A stretch of 64,000 nt of DNA. Origin: Phoronis australis (taxonomy: Eukaryota > Animalia > Phoronida). A program made the translations under genes and the position numbers. Shown in pieces: positions 28,192-41,539 of this stretch. The stretch lies in the NCBI GenBank assembly GCA_002633005.1, contig NMRA01000279.1, positions 135,233 through 199,232 on the forward strand, in the 5' to 3' direction. Position 1 is the stretch's first letter. Every line of letters begins with the position of its first letter. The notes beneath the pieces are model-generated. The model was not told the origin of the DNA. It ran no database searches and saw only the letters and a list, made by a program, of their open reading frames with translations.

Positions 28192-28350
28192 CCGTAATCG
28201 TTCGGGTTAACGCCCTGGGCGGTTAAATTGGCGAACCCAAAAAATCGGGGGAGGGCGGTTAACCGAGCAGTGGGCGGTTAAATCGAAAATCCACCTAAAG
28301 TAGGGGATGGGCGGTTAATTGAGCATGGGCGTTAACCCGAATGATTACGG
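28192..28350. mobile_element. 159-bp MITE with 24-bp TIRs, TA flanks and four internal GGGCGGTTAA repeats
   Basis: TA|CCGTAATCGTTCGGGTTAACGCCC ... GGGCGTTAACCCGAATGATTACGG|TA. Confidence 0.9.
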
Positions 28351-29585
28351 TACTTGTACATTTTGTAATAAATCCCCAGAAACTTTGACGCGTTTATTTG
28401 TACATCGTAACTACACCAGGGGAGGATAATTCTGAATTTTACTTCATTGACAGCGAAGAAACAATAATGAACGCTAATGTTCTTTTTGGAATTAACAATA
28501 GATATACAGCTACAAACTTAATTTTGAATCTAGAGAAATATCACAAATACTGTCAAAGATTGGGGGATGCTTTACCATCTACTAATGCATTTGTGAATAT
28601 TTTAAAACAGTATTATCTCACAGAGAAATAAATTTTTCGAAAAAATAGACAGTTGGATAGACTTAGAAATAGATGATTATAATTCGCTCATATTGAAAAT
28701 CAAGCGACCATTGAGTGCTGTGCATGTATGTGTTCACTGTGATTCACATTGTAATATTACTTACTGATAATATTGATAATATATGTATAATAAAAAAGTT
28801 CAACACCATACCTAGGGACAGAGCAATTGAAGACACAAAAAAATGTCAGAATCCTCAGAAAAATGACAATTATTTGCATTCCGAATTGGTGAGATTTAGC
28901 TGTTTTTTAGTAGAAAACAGAAAAACCATCCAACAAAATGAAGGTACGAGTATGTTATGTGATAGTAAACTCGTCATTCGTATATTGCTATTTCATTTAC
29001 AGTCAATCATTAAGTTGGTCAGGTTGTTGGATATGGTAGGCCTACAGTGTACACATAACTGTGCAGTCCCAGTTGGCATTAGTTATAACTGGTCTGTCTT
29101 GATCAGGACTGCTGGGGAATTCACTGGAAACTTAGCAAGCTGTTCAGTTAATAGAATTTGGCAACAATGAGGAGTCGTTGCCAATCATTTGGCAGCAAAC
29201 AGTAAGCCGCCATGATGCAGAAACATTGTTTTCTTCAGATTACTTTTGACTCACACTGTACATAACGACCCAGTTTTTCAGTGTCTTCCAGCTGGATTAT
29301 CCAAAATGTGCTATTCTTGAAATCAAAAACGGTTGTCATACATGACAGCCATAGACACACAAATACGCTTCCAACAAATAGCCACTAACTAGATTAAATT
29401 ATGGGTACGCTCTAATTATCTAGTGGCATGCTCTTCCTTGTATTTCAATTGGTACCATCACAAAAACCAACAGGGTATATTATCAATCAAACATTTCTAA
29501 GTGATTACATAGCATAAGCAATTAACAGGTAAAGTCAGTAATTTTCACCTATATAATTCAAGTATCCTTATAAATTATAGATTAC

Positions 29586-30100
29586 CTGGATAGATTTGAA
29601 ATATCCAAGACTCGTTTTTGGTGATTAAAGCTGAATTTCGCTCCGTTTACCAAACAGAAATCGAATTAGGAATTTTTCTCTCATAAAACCACTCTCGTGA
29701 TAATATTACCGTGTAAGTGGTCACGGCGCGACTTCCTCCACTTTAGAGGCATTTACACGACATTAGATCGCAAACTGGATCAGCACGAGTCACATACACG
29801 AACGCTGTCTACGCATGTTCACATAAACAATAACGAGCATCCAAATCACGTGGAATGCCAGTGGATCACCCGCAAGCGTATTGAAAGATGATCCCTTTCC
29901 GCCCTGTCCCAGTTGTATTCAGACATGCAGTTGAAACTGGAGCAATTGATCGAGCGCAGCTGGCCCTACTTCTCAAACTTGTGACAAACATGGCCGCCGC
30001 GGTGTCAACTTGCTCCGTGTCAGTCGTGTTTACACACACACACTTGCAACCGATCATCTGTTCTATGTTAGTTGCTCAGGGACGTCGTCCGTCTCTGGTG
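29586..30100 (-). promoter_or_regulatory. candidate intronic alternative promoter / non-coding first exon
   Basis: Locally CpG-rich; E-box CACGTG (~29847), ETS-like ACTTCC, YY1-like AAACATGGCCGCC (~29986); minus-strand donor CAG|GTAATC at 29586. Confidence 0.35.
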
Positions 30101-32147
30101 TAAATGCGACTACAATTCTGTTTCAGTTACCAACCAGAACACTGAAGTCACCAGTGACCCAAGAAAATAAATGTATTGGGGAATGACGCATGTATGCAAC
30201 ACTTGTGACTTGAATTTGCTCGCTCAAAGGGCAACAATCCAAGACTGAATGACCACGGTAAATGTTTGTAAAGCCCTAAGCACTTGGGTTAAGAATTCAA
30301 CATTGATAATTAAACACTGCCAAAATGCAGATTCATGCAGTCCAAAATAGTGCATTTTTTCATAAAAAATTAAAAAGCCAGTTTTCTAATAGCCACTTAC
30401 TAGATTCTGTATAATTTACCCACAATGCTAGTATTTGTGGGGCACCTGTCTGACAGTTGTACACTGCTGGCATGCTAACTACGTTGCTTTAAAATTAGCT
30501 TGTCATTTGTCATTCTGATGCAAATAAAAGTTTCACTATTACTTGGTGAGTTGTAGACCTCCATTTATAAAACTAAGTAAATCACTCGATGCATTTTCCA
30601 CATCCACAAATGAAGAGCCAATGGTTTTGGGATGTAGAAATTGAAAACAGTTTGAATTTTCCCTCCTTGCCGCAGTTCACTGTCCAAGAAGATGTTCCAC
30701 AAGATGTAACATTAGTCACCCATCATCGGTGCACAGCAGTTGTCGCATCATGGACCAGGGGGGTGGAGCTGCATTGGCCCAAAGTCTCCCGCTGCCGACG
30801 ATTTTTTAACACGTTGAAAATCTTTTTGACGCATGACCCAAAGACACAGAAGTAGTTTTAATGTCATCACAAGAGTCTAGAGGACGGCATGGGCCATGAC
30901 CAATGGTGGACCACAATAAATGTTACATATGATCTTTTACATTATCAAATACATGACAAAATTTGAGTAATACAACTGTCCTTTCTCGATACAACTGCAG
31001 TCAAGTGATTGTTCAATAAGACAGCATCATTGTAGTTTATCCAAATCTTGACCAATCAAAAATCTATAAAAATGCAATTTAACACTGCAGGAAGTATCAT
31101 TTGAATCCATTCTAGTATTTCATGGATACAGTTACATTATTAACTTTTTTCAAATGGTGAAGTGCCACTTTAAAAAGACACTGACAATCAGCAAATGTTC
31201 TGGGAGCTGAGGTTACACTCCTGACGGTTAGGTGCTGTTTTGAGCAGTTTCTCTACAGCTCAAACGAGGAGTGAAAAATCAACGCAAACTTTTCCAGTTC
31301 TTGCAAGCAAGAGCCATCACCCCTCTAATGTGTTCACAAATGGTATGGTCTGCTTTTTTCTCATTTCAGGTTATTCACTCTTGGCCAGATTTACAGTTGG
31401 TGAGCTCACAGTCTGAAATAGTTTCCTAATTAGACAAATAACCACAGGCACTGGCTGGGTTTTACTGACCAGTTGACCTGTGGAGAGTTGCTGGCCAGTA
31501 AGTGGACATAGGCGTAATTTAATACAGGGCACTCTGAACAAATAGAATTTAAAATAAGACATACCATATGGTAAGCTGTCAAGAGTGAAGGTCAAAAGAT
31601 TCAAAATATGCACTTGATAGGTGGATGGCAGTTTCTTATAAATTAGTTTGTAAATAAACAACACTCTCAGGCTGAATGGCAAGAAAAAGTGGACACACTA
31701 CCACAAATATTATGACAACAAAATAACAACTGAATAACAGTAGTATGCTGAAGGCAAACTAGTGCACTAAAATTGATCATCATTAAACTCGATGCCAACC
31801 TTCTGAGAAATCTGAGGGTCAAAACTAGTGGCAAGGTGGAGAGCACCCCCCCCCCCCNCCCCCCCCCCCTTCCAAAAACACTTCCAACTATGGTGAGCAA
31901 GAAACTGGAACCATAAAGTTTTTTCAGATAAGAACATGATATGGCCGAAAAGTAAAATTCCATTTCATCATAATTTTCAACAAGAGTAAACTCATTTGAA
32001 AACTTTCTATGGTACGACTGTCATCAATAAACACAATGAAATTTTTAACAATTTGCCAACACAGTTTGACTGTTTGAAAAAATGAAAATCTTGGTCATTA
32101 CTTTTGTTTGAACTTGAGAACAGTCTTTAAAGCAACAATTCACTCAC

Positions 32148-32157
32148 CTTCCGTCAT
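32148..32157 (-). CDS. candidate 3-codon alternative first exon (MTE-G)
   Basis: ATG ACG GAA G|GTGAGT: perfect consensus donor, phase 1. Confidence 0.25.
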
Positions 32158-32186
32158 AAAAACTAACTTTAGTTGTAAATCACCTG

Positions 32187-32568
32187 CCGGGATTTTCCGT
32201 AGAAAAGCCCATGGGCATTTATTTGGTGTTATAACACCTGGTGTCAAGTGCCCAGATAGTGAGGCGTTTATTCGGAAATTTCCTCTTAAAAGCCCACTCG
32301 GCGTCAACCTTTTGTCACAGATTCAGTTTCGTGGAGCATTTATCATTTATAAAAACAACAAGGTGTTGGCGAACTATGCATTTAGTAACATAAAATTTAA
32401 AAACACAGTTATAAGTAAAAAATGTCAAGGTCAGCAAAACTATGACTTTCTGTTTACACGCCTCCTTTTCAGAATAAACGTCCGAGCGTTTATTTGGTGC
32501 TACTAAAATGCCTGAAAATATTAATTTTCCGAATACACGCCCATGGGCTTATCTACTTAAAAGCCTGG
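32187..32568. mobile_element. MITE with ~30-bp TIRs (pogo/Tigger-like)
   Basis: CCGGGATTTTCCGTAGAAAAGCCCATGGGC ... GCCCATGGGCTTATCTACTTAAAAGCCTGG|TA. Confidence 0.7.
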
Positions 32569-35500
32569 TACCGTCACGAAATTGGGTTTAAGTTGTTCCG
32601 TAGTCAAAATAGGTGGTTCCTGGACTTGGAAACGACTGATGGTTCCTTATGACTTTGAGACCTGGTTCTCAGAGTTGACTCGTGGACTAGCTCAGTTTTG
32701 AGGAATAATGAACTGCCAGTTCTTTGCGAGACCAAAAATCACTTCTCACCTATCTAAGGAACCAGGCGAGACCAATGCTATAGGGGTACCTCCACATCTA
32801 AATCAAAATTTAATCTCTTCGCTGCCACACACGTTTAGTAAGCACGCAATACAGCTGGCAAGGGAAATTTCATTTAGATAAAGTACAATAACTAAAAAAT
32901 CTCAAGAAAGTTTGATTTCATCCTTAGCATGTTTGTATTGTCCAACTACCATCAACTTTAAGTTTAGGTACCGTAATGCTTCATTTATTTGCACAAAAAT
33001 AGCCAAAATTGTAATTTTTAACATTTTTCAACAGCTGATTACCGTTTCGCAAACAGTGGGAACTTTAACTTATGCAGTTTTATAACATCCACAGTTCCAC
33101 ACACTGTAACCATGGCTTGTAATGGATAAATGTGTTCTTAATCTTTACTTCTGTGGAGAAATTTAACGAAATTGAATATCCCTTGCCGGTCATATTGTGC
33201 GCTACATAAGTGAAGAATTACTGTAGAATTTAGGAATTTGAAAGTCAAACATTGTGTAATCAGTCTTTGAGACATGGAGAAAATGCATATATTTGGCGAT
33301 TACTTATCTGCAAATTGGGAGATTATCAAATTGTGGACAACGTGAAAATTTAACTTGCTCCAAACCTCCATATTGTATTTCTCAGCATGTGGCATTTCTG
33401 TTTGATAGGCTTACAACAGCCTAGGACAAACTGATTGTATAAGCCTAGCCACCATGTAGTCATACAAGTATCAGGTGTCTACGTTACTAGGGAAAACACA
33501 ACTGCATAAATCAACTTTTTAAGTTTTAACTGATGGTGCAAACTAGGAGTGAGCTGCTGCGCTCAAACACCCTAACTTCTTTTACAACACTCCAAAAAGG
33601 AAACAGTCATAGTTATACACAAGCACTACTGCCATCTATAGGAGCTCCACTGAGATTCTAAATTGATGCTTTCAACTGACGTCTGACTCCTTTTTGACAA
33701 GATATCAATTCAACAAATGTTACGAAAATAAAATCTGGTTTTATAGGAAATTGCCCTTTAAATCTAAATCACCCACGTTGACCAAAACTAATTAGCCATT
33801 TGTGATGCTTAATTTGCCAGTCTAACAGGATATAATATTATATGTTTATTTTTAGCTATAATTCTTGTAGGCCATAGCATTAATTTTAAAAACAACTGAA
33901 ACTATATAAAACCTCACTGGCATGTAATCAAAAAAACTTTATGCACGTAGACCCACAGGCTATAAACTTTGAAGCCTAAATAATGCCGAGTGGAGCGTAG
34001 GGTTTCCCAGCGCCAGCAAATGAAATGAACACCTAGATGAAGCAAGGAGTAGTCTAGATTAAATACTTGGAACTGGTACTACAATGGCAGATGCCAGCAG
34101 ACGACCGGTGTGCCCAAGCAATAGTAAACCAACTAATGCACAACTGGCACAGGATCAACTTTACAGGGCTTTGTCAGAGACAAATCATGTTCATCTTCAC
34201 ATGCATACGTGTTTTAGACAGCAAAAAATATACTTGACTTCATCCTAGTGTCGTTTGAACTACAATATTGCACCTGAACAAGGCATAACAACAGCAATAA
34301 TTTTTTAAACATATTATTCATATGAACCCCCATTTATGTAAAAGAGACTGTTCGAGGTTTTCTGAAAAACACTTGGGTGTGGATGTTGAGTGAGAAATAT
34401 CTAATTATGTAATAATACCACTGAAGCATGTGTATTTGTTGCACAGGTTCAAAATACAGGTCAGTTTGATCAAGTGTTTCTGCACCAGAAGCAGCAGCTA
34501 CTTTCTAGGTTTTTCCTTTCCATATCACTTCACATTCATTCTACTGGCTACTAGCCACTAAATAACAGTTTACGAACAAAACACGAACGTATGTTATTAA
34601 CAGGTGATTCTTGATAACTTTAATCAAGGCTATGCGTATGGTAGTGGCATAGTTATGCAATTAGTTGGTAAACAACACACCACCCTCATACCTGGGTACA
34701 TGCCACAGGGTACAGAACTGAGGTTTTGTTTCAATAGACTGCGCAGGTGGAACAATCCTCGACAATCAGTACTAGTGCACTAGACAAAACTGGGAGCCAT
34801 GGTGGCGCACCGCCAGTCTGAAAACTGGCCAACAAGATGCAGAGTGGTCACAACATCTGTCTACTACACTACTCCATTACAGAATAGCTATGTCACTGTG
34901 TCAAAATGCCAAGTGAAATTTTGGTATGAATAGTCAAATATGCGAAAAGAGTTTAGAACGTAGTTTTTTGGAAAACATCGAGTAACATAGTATTCCATGC
35001 TTTTTGAAGTTCCACATGTTACAAGCTGGCAACATGTAGAGAGCCCTATATCAGAACAATAGCCAGGCAATCAGACCTTCCACCAACAGAGGGTGCCACT
35101 TGCTTGTTGTGCTGTGGACAGGTAGGCATCAGCAAAACACCTGGTGACATACAAAAAAGTGCACAGGACTTTCATCAACAAGTAATAGTAACACTACCTG
35201 GGAGAAGACTCCAACAATGACCTGTTTGATACCACATGTGAATGTAACTGGACAACACAGTAGGTGGAATCCGGGTAAAGACTCTTAATTTAATGGATAT
35301 TGCTTTTGCGGTGATTACACTCAAATGAGTGCAAACTTTGTCAAATGCCGTGCAAAGGTGATGGGATAGTGAAGTCATGAAAAAATGTAATTTTGATAAA
35401 TTCATCATTAACAGTCATTACGTCATTGTTACTCAATGCCTAATACATTTGCTTAGCGTTGAAAGTACAACAATAAACAAAAAAAATAATTTTCTGTGAA

Positions 35501-35696
35501 AATGTTTGAATACCTGCGTTTTTTCTATTAATGATCAATAGAGTAAAAATGTTACTTTTCCAACTGTAAACCTTCCTAAACATAAATTATGTTTTGCTCG
35601 TGAAAATTTATTCATTACGTTTGTTTTGAAAATTTAGCAGTGAGAGCTAGAAACAGTACATAAAGAGTCAAATGACATTCTCAAAACTGGGGTATA

Positions 35697-35883
35697 CACC
35701 TTGTTCACGCAGTCGCCATTTTAAAAGTAAGCCTCTTTTTAGGTTTTAAAAACAATACATTCTGTGCTTAATCACAGCGCAAAGTATGATTTTTTGCGTG
35801 CTTCGTTAAATTTATGTCTCAAATGCATTGTTTTTATACCTAAAGAGGCTCAGTACTAAAATGGCGACTGAGAGAATAAGCTG
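35697..35883. mobile_element. MITE with 27-bp imperfect TIRs
   Basis: CACCTTGTTCACGCAGTCGCCATTTTA vs TAAAATGGCGACTGAGAGAATAAGCTG (23/27 complementary). Confidence 0.7.
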
Positions 35884-35897
35884 AAAAGGGCATTATA

Positions 35898-36240
35898 CCA
35901 GGAATTCCTAAGAAAAAGCCTCTGGGTGTATATTCAAAAACTGACATATTTTAAGCATTCAAGTAACTCAAATTTAACCCCAGGTGTACTTTCAGAATCA
36001 CAAATTAGGAACAAAATTATGAGTATTTGATGAATTGGCGAGATTATAGTGTTTGTATACTAACATGTTGAGTGGGCCAATGGCCCAGTGAGTTTTGAAA
36101 TTAACGTTTTGTTGTTGTTGTTGTTGTTGTTGTTGTTATTGATGAACACGAGGCCTACAAAGGGAAAATGCGCCAGCCGTATCAATATGTAGGTAAGTCG
36201 AAAACTTGATAAAATATTTTCTGTTTTTCGTAAAGCCCGG
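35898..36240. mobile_element. decayed relative of the 32187 MITE, containing a (TTG)n tract at ~36109-36137
   Basis: TA|CCAGGAATTCCTAAGAAAAAGCCTCTGGG ... TTTTCGTAAAGCCCGG|TA. Confidence 0.45.
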
Positions 36241-37175
36241 TATTAATTTGACACTTGCTGGCATTGTTCATTTGTGGAGATAACACAAGCCGCAGAAATG
36301 TTTAACCGTGCCTTCGAATGTGGGCTAATGGGCTTATATCAAGGTGATGTAGGAGCTAGAAAAATTCCAAATTTGGCTACAGTTCTTTCTCTAATTGACA
36401 GCTTTGCGTTCAAATTAACGGAGACAAAAGTGACCCTACAACCGTTACAGATGAAACTCAAGTGTTTGGAATATTGGAGATAAAACATTGATAATAAAAA
36501 TGAATTACCAAGCCCAATGATGACCTCCGAGACAGTGGTTTGGTAATGTGAATTATATTACAAGAAACAAATTATTGTCCCCTATGATGGATCTACTTCA
36601 AAATATAATATTTGAACCTTTTGTCACTTCATTTTCTTCCAACACCCCGGCTTCAAGACATCAGCTTTCAGCATCCATGGTGAATACCTGCACTCAGATT
36701 CTACATGCAGTGCACTAGATGAAACATGTATTCAAAAAAATCCACCCATATGATATGACAGTGGTTGCCAAAAACCCTAATTAGATTTAGGTGGGTGTCC
36801 AATCCTGCAGATTTTGATAAACTTCCCGACTGAAATAATTCTTCAGTTTTCTCAAAATGTAATGACTGTGTGATCAAGGATGTGTGGCACCCAAGGGGAC
36901 AGTGTGTGTCACTGGGTATTAGCTGTCTCTCAATTTTGGGATTCCAACGGCTGGCAATATGCTACTGGAAGTTTTTGTATCATCTTGAAGTAACAAAAAT
37001 GCGAGTCGAAGATTGCTTTTCACTTATTGCATCTCAAACCAGCATTAGCGAAATTCACCAATGTCGCTGGAGTTTCTTTTTTTGAAAACTGTTCAGATTT
37101 TGCAACCCCCATACAATGCTGCATAATGGTTCCCAAAATTGCGGAAAACAAAATCAAGACACATGAGGCACTATC

Positions 37176-37223
37176 GGGTGTCTGAAAAAGAAATTAGCAA
37201 GGCCTCATTCTTTCCAGACACCC
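37176..37223. repeat. short inverted repeat, probably a collapsed mariner-type MITE
   Basis: GGGTGTCTGAAAAAGAA..TTCTTTCCAGACACCC. Confidence 0.6.
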
Positions 37224-38454
37224 TATTGTACCTCACAGAATAAAGAGATAGAATTTTGAAGTTTCGTGCAAATTTGTTTCATCACTCAACTGAGACTCTT
37301 AGCAGTAAAAAGTCAATTAGCCCGGGTCATCAAGTACAATCTATGTTCTTTTTTCGCGCAACGCAAGTCCAGCATTGTGAGCCAATAATCAGTCTTTGAA
37401 TTCATCATCACAAAAGCATCTACAGACTGACACTCAAGGACTACTTGGAAAGCCTCAGGGAGGATAGCCATTACCTGATTACGATCACAACACAGATTTT
37501 CACATACTTGGTAAGAACATAAGAGCTCGTTACTAGCTTAGTATAGCAAACCACTGGTGCCGATTACCTGCCTCATAGTGATTTGTGTTCTTGTGTATGT
37601 GTATGGATTGATTTTACCAATCCAAAAAGCTTTTTGTCACATGACCTGGCATGTGTCAAGACACCACCGGATAATTACACAGAGTAAGTAATTTTTTTTA
37701 CATTACATGGGCGAATCTCAAAGCAGTGCAGAGTAGAAATCCATGCACCTTACATTTTATCGTCTGCAAAACAAAAAAAACAATGCCAGAATTCCGTGAA
37801 GGTGACAAGGTTATGATTGACAAATCAGTCGTCATAACTGTGCGTACACAAAGTTGGAAGGACATGCAAACAACTTCTTAAACGGACTCCTCTTCGGCGG
37901 TGAATTCCATATCCACGTTCATTCAGAGATGAACCCAAACTCAAGAAATTACGCGATGAGAGTCTAGCTGAACTGTTTCAAGGTCAATTCAGTGCACAAG
38001 TGACGGGAGAAGCCCTGCAGACTATTATTATTGTTATTATTATTGTTAAGTTTTAATATTACAAAGAGTATTTATTAGATTCTAACTTAAACATTTGTTA
38101 TGCAAGCTGAATGCAATTTATAATTGCTAAGTTTAAAATAAAAACTATCAACAAAAAGTAACTGCATTTACAATGCGCAATGCTTTTACAGAAGTTGCGT
38201 CACGTGGTTGAAAGATTTAAACATGTCAAGTTTTTTCGGCAAAAAAGATCGTTTTCACCGTTCATGTGAGAAACCAAATAAGTTTTTCCCATGTCATAAA
38301 CCTGAGACGAGTGTACGAAACTTGATGTACAAACTAATTTTACCAAAGCAGATAAGTGTGCAACCCAGTTTTCCCTCGGACACCTACTATACGAACTATT
38401 TGAGAGAAATGAATTGTGTTTCAAGGGTGGTGTACGTACTATTAAAGTGTTCTC

Positions 38455-38745
38455 GTGTACATATATATATTGGAGGGCCATGTACCTCACAGAGGTGACG
38501 ATAACACACATAAACGTATGCATATGTTGAGGGTCCATACACAATGCAGAGATGACGTCAATACACATGCACCTATGTATATGATGGAGGTTCATTAACA
38601 TCTCACAGAGATGATAGCAATACACACACACCTATGTTATGACGAAGGTCCATACACCACAGAGATGATGGCAATATACATAGATGATGGCAATATACAT
38701 ACATGTATGTATAAGCTGGGGTTCCATATATATATATATAAATAT
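38455..38745. repeat. degenerate ~55-60 bp tandem repeat (4-5 copies)
   Basis: Recurring GGTCCATAC..CACAGAGATGA..GCAATACACA..CCTATGTATATG; explains the overlapping spurious ORFs here. Confidence 0.7.
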
Positions 38746-38849
38746 ATGACAAAAAGGATGAACGCAATATGCATCCACATATGTCAACGTGGCCACATAA
38801 AAATCCAACACAAACAAACTTTGTCACGAATCTAGCACGTAGCACTCAC

Positions 38850-39068
38850 CAAAAAGGACGGGGTCTTGCGAGGACTCCATTGTGGCCCGAGCCTGGGCTA
38901 TACGTTTTTCTGAGGGTCTCCTCATGGGTACTGGCTTGGCCAGCAGGTGGTGCTGTTGTATAATGGACCCATCCTTGGCATCCTCAGGACTACCTGAAGG
39001 CAAATGGGACTGGATGAGGGGAACGGTCAAAGTCGCGTGTCTACGAGAGGGTTCGAGACAAACCCATG
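38850..39068 (-). CDS. internal symmetric (phase 1-1) coding exon 3 of the bZIP gene
   Basis: Acceptor ctttgtttcaatccgctctcattgtcag|CA; 219 nt open (AWVCLEPSRRHATLTVPLIQSHLPSGSPEDAKDGS...MESSQDPVLF-G); donor TTG|GTGAGT; GC-rich. Confidence 0.75.
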
Positions 39069-39599
39069 CTGACAATGAGAGCGGATTGAAACAAAGGTGG
39101 ACGTTTAAACTTTGGTACATTTAGCGATGTTAAATGGCCAGAGAAAGCCAATGCATCTTGGCTTAAATTTCCAAGACGATGTCGCATGCATTAATGAAAT
39201 TGAAAAAGACCACAACTTCTCCAGGCAGTCACTGCACACACCAGTGTTCAACACAGATGAAAACATAAATGGCGTGGAACTGCAAAAATGCCAACATACG
39301 TGACAGAACCAAGCAGCCGCTGACATTTTCTGCTGCATACTGTATTTACAATTGCCGTATTGTAAGCCACATTCACTTGTCTTATTGACCATCTGGCAAT
39401 GATTTCAGTAAGTTGTTCCTAAACCTACATTATGAAGCAGTGAAGACAATATTAATAATGGCCACACCATTTTTCCAAACCGGTTGCTATATTTTCAAAC
39501 AGGTGGCAGGTTATTCGAACGTGGTAAATGCTGGCAAACAGGTTGCATCAACACCTTAAAACAAGTACATGGCATACAATGTCATACGCCTATTTTACA

Positions 39600-39850
39600 G
39601 ATGTCTGACCACTGGTCATACACTGGTCAATCATCGCACTTGTGGTGAATCTGTCCAGAAGCCTCACTACTAGTTATATTGGTCAGTCTCCATACTTACA
39701 TTGTTGAGACTGAACAAAGACTGGTCAGTCAGTACACTTAGCCTTCTGCTTGTCTGCCAAGAAGTCCAACTTCTGGCCACATATTGGGTCAGTCACCGCA
39801 CTTACCTTGGTGAGTCTGAATAAAACTCCAGCCAGACTAATCCAACTGAC
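39600..39850 (-). repeat. 4-5 degenerate tandem copies of the exon-2 3' end and its splice donor
   Basis: Units GGTCAGTCA..CACTTACCTTG(G/T)TGAG..TCTG resemble ~40258-40312; TCTGACCACTGGTCATACA (39604) vs TCTGACCGCTGGTCATACA (40298). Confidence 0.6.
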
Positions 39851-40274
39851 AACTTAGAAAAACAGTTTCAAATTACATCGTCTTTTTTCTAACAAAATGA
39901 ACTCAAATTTTTACGAGCACTGTACATTTCACTTGTGTAATATTGCCTAATGAAGTTTAAAAAATCCACAGACCCAAACATTTGGCTACAAATAAACTGT
40001 TTACTCAGTAGTAGAATATTTTTAAGAAGTATCCTGCTCATCAGAAATGTACATTGTAGTGGGAGAGTGTCCCAAGACATCAAGAATTGACTTAGTTTAA
40101 AGTTTTATTAACAACCCTTGTTCAAAATTAATCTACCATATCACAATTCTGACTTAAGTTCTTCAGTCTCTTTTGATAGTCCACAAAAGCAGCAAAACTA
40201 GTCACTCACAGTTCAGATTTTAAAATTCAGTTAAATTCTCATCAATAGTCCAAACTCTCAGTGACATCACTTAC

Positions 40275-40490
40275 CTTGTTGAGAGTCTGCTGAAAAGTCT
40301 GACCGCTGGTCATACAATGTCTGTGACGAGTTCAACATGGTGTACTGTAGAGTGGTACTGGCCGTAGCCAGGTCGTCCAGTGTGGCATGTTGGGTACTGG
40401 ACAGAGTAGATGTACTGGACGTCGCCCCGTTGGCATCATCACTGTATTGCTGCTGACTAGAGTAGAAGTCGTGGCTTGGTTTACCATTCT
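40275..40490 (-). CDS. internal symmetric (phase 1-1) coding exon 2 of the bZIP gene; frame stays open to ATG 40572, so it may also act as a first exon
   Basis: Acceptor tgtgtttatag|AG; 216 nt ENGKPSHDFYSSQQQYSDDANGATSSTSTLSSTQHATLDDLATAS...DFSADSQQ-G; perfect donor AAG|GTAAGT; CCAAT box at ~40620. Confidence 0.8.
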
Positions 40491-41539
40491 CTATAAACAC
40501 ATGTAGCATAGTTTGAGTAGGGCCAAAGGTTCTACCCACAGTGGGTAATGGGGCTGATCCAGGAAAGGTCATACATCTACAAATTGACCTATCGCCAGGA
40601 TTTTGAGTGACGGCTTAACTGACCAATCAGAATGCAGCATTCTTGACACACATGATCCAGAATTTGCACATTAGAATTTTTGCTCAGGGCCCTCCCCCCC
40701 AAGATGTGAACTTTTTAATTGAGCGCAACCAAGGTAAAACCAAATTGGTCTTTTCCTAAACTTCAATGTTACGGTTGTTTTGAAAGTATAACTTTAAGCT
40801 GGACAATGCAAATTATATAAATAAAATGGAGAGCCTATTTGGAAAACTTTACCCATAATCTCCAACATGAAGAATGAGATTTTATTGGATATTTAACTAT
40901 TTACGCAAATCTAAAACATGAAAGTCATGGAAGTTTCATGTCCAGTTTACAATTATCTTGACAAATGAGTGATGTCCAGATGTCAAAGACCCAATGATGT
41001 TCATCCATTTTGCTAGACACCTCATGACCAAGTCCAGGGCTTAGTACTGTGTAGATTTCACAAAAAAACATTTGATAAAATTTCCACAATTTGCAGCAAA
41101 GTCCAATTAACTTTTGAAAATGGAAAAATAACAGTGAAGGCAGTTATTTTACACCAAATACGTGAAAAATTACCATGCTAGTATTAATACTAATAGTGAT
41201 AATGATAAAAACAATAGCAATGCATCATATATACAAGAGATGATCATTATTTAAAACATTTCCACTCAACAGAGCAGTGCCAGTAACCTTAGTAAGAGGC
41301 TGCATGGGGTGCAAAGCAAGTCATAAATAGTCTCCTCAATAGGAACACATCTGCCACCTGTCCTCAGATTATTCAAGAAGTTTGGTGGATAGGAAGGCAG
41401 ACAACAAAGGATACAAAAATAACAGGAATGCACAACGAATGTTAAATCCATCTGAAACAGGGCTAGTGCTATTGCCTACATGATTGAAACTAATTTTCCA
41501 AGTTCCCTAATAATTCATAAAAAACTTGATAGATAACTA

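Noticed and set aside
38200-38845. Stack of overlapping His/Cys/Met/Tyr-rich ORFs
   Set aside because: Produced by the degenerate ~57-bp tandem repeat.
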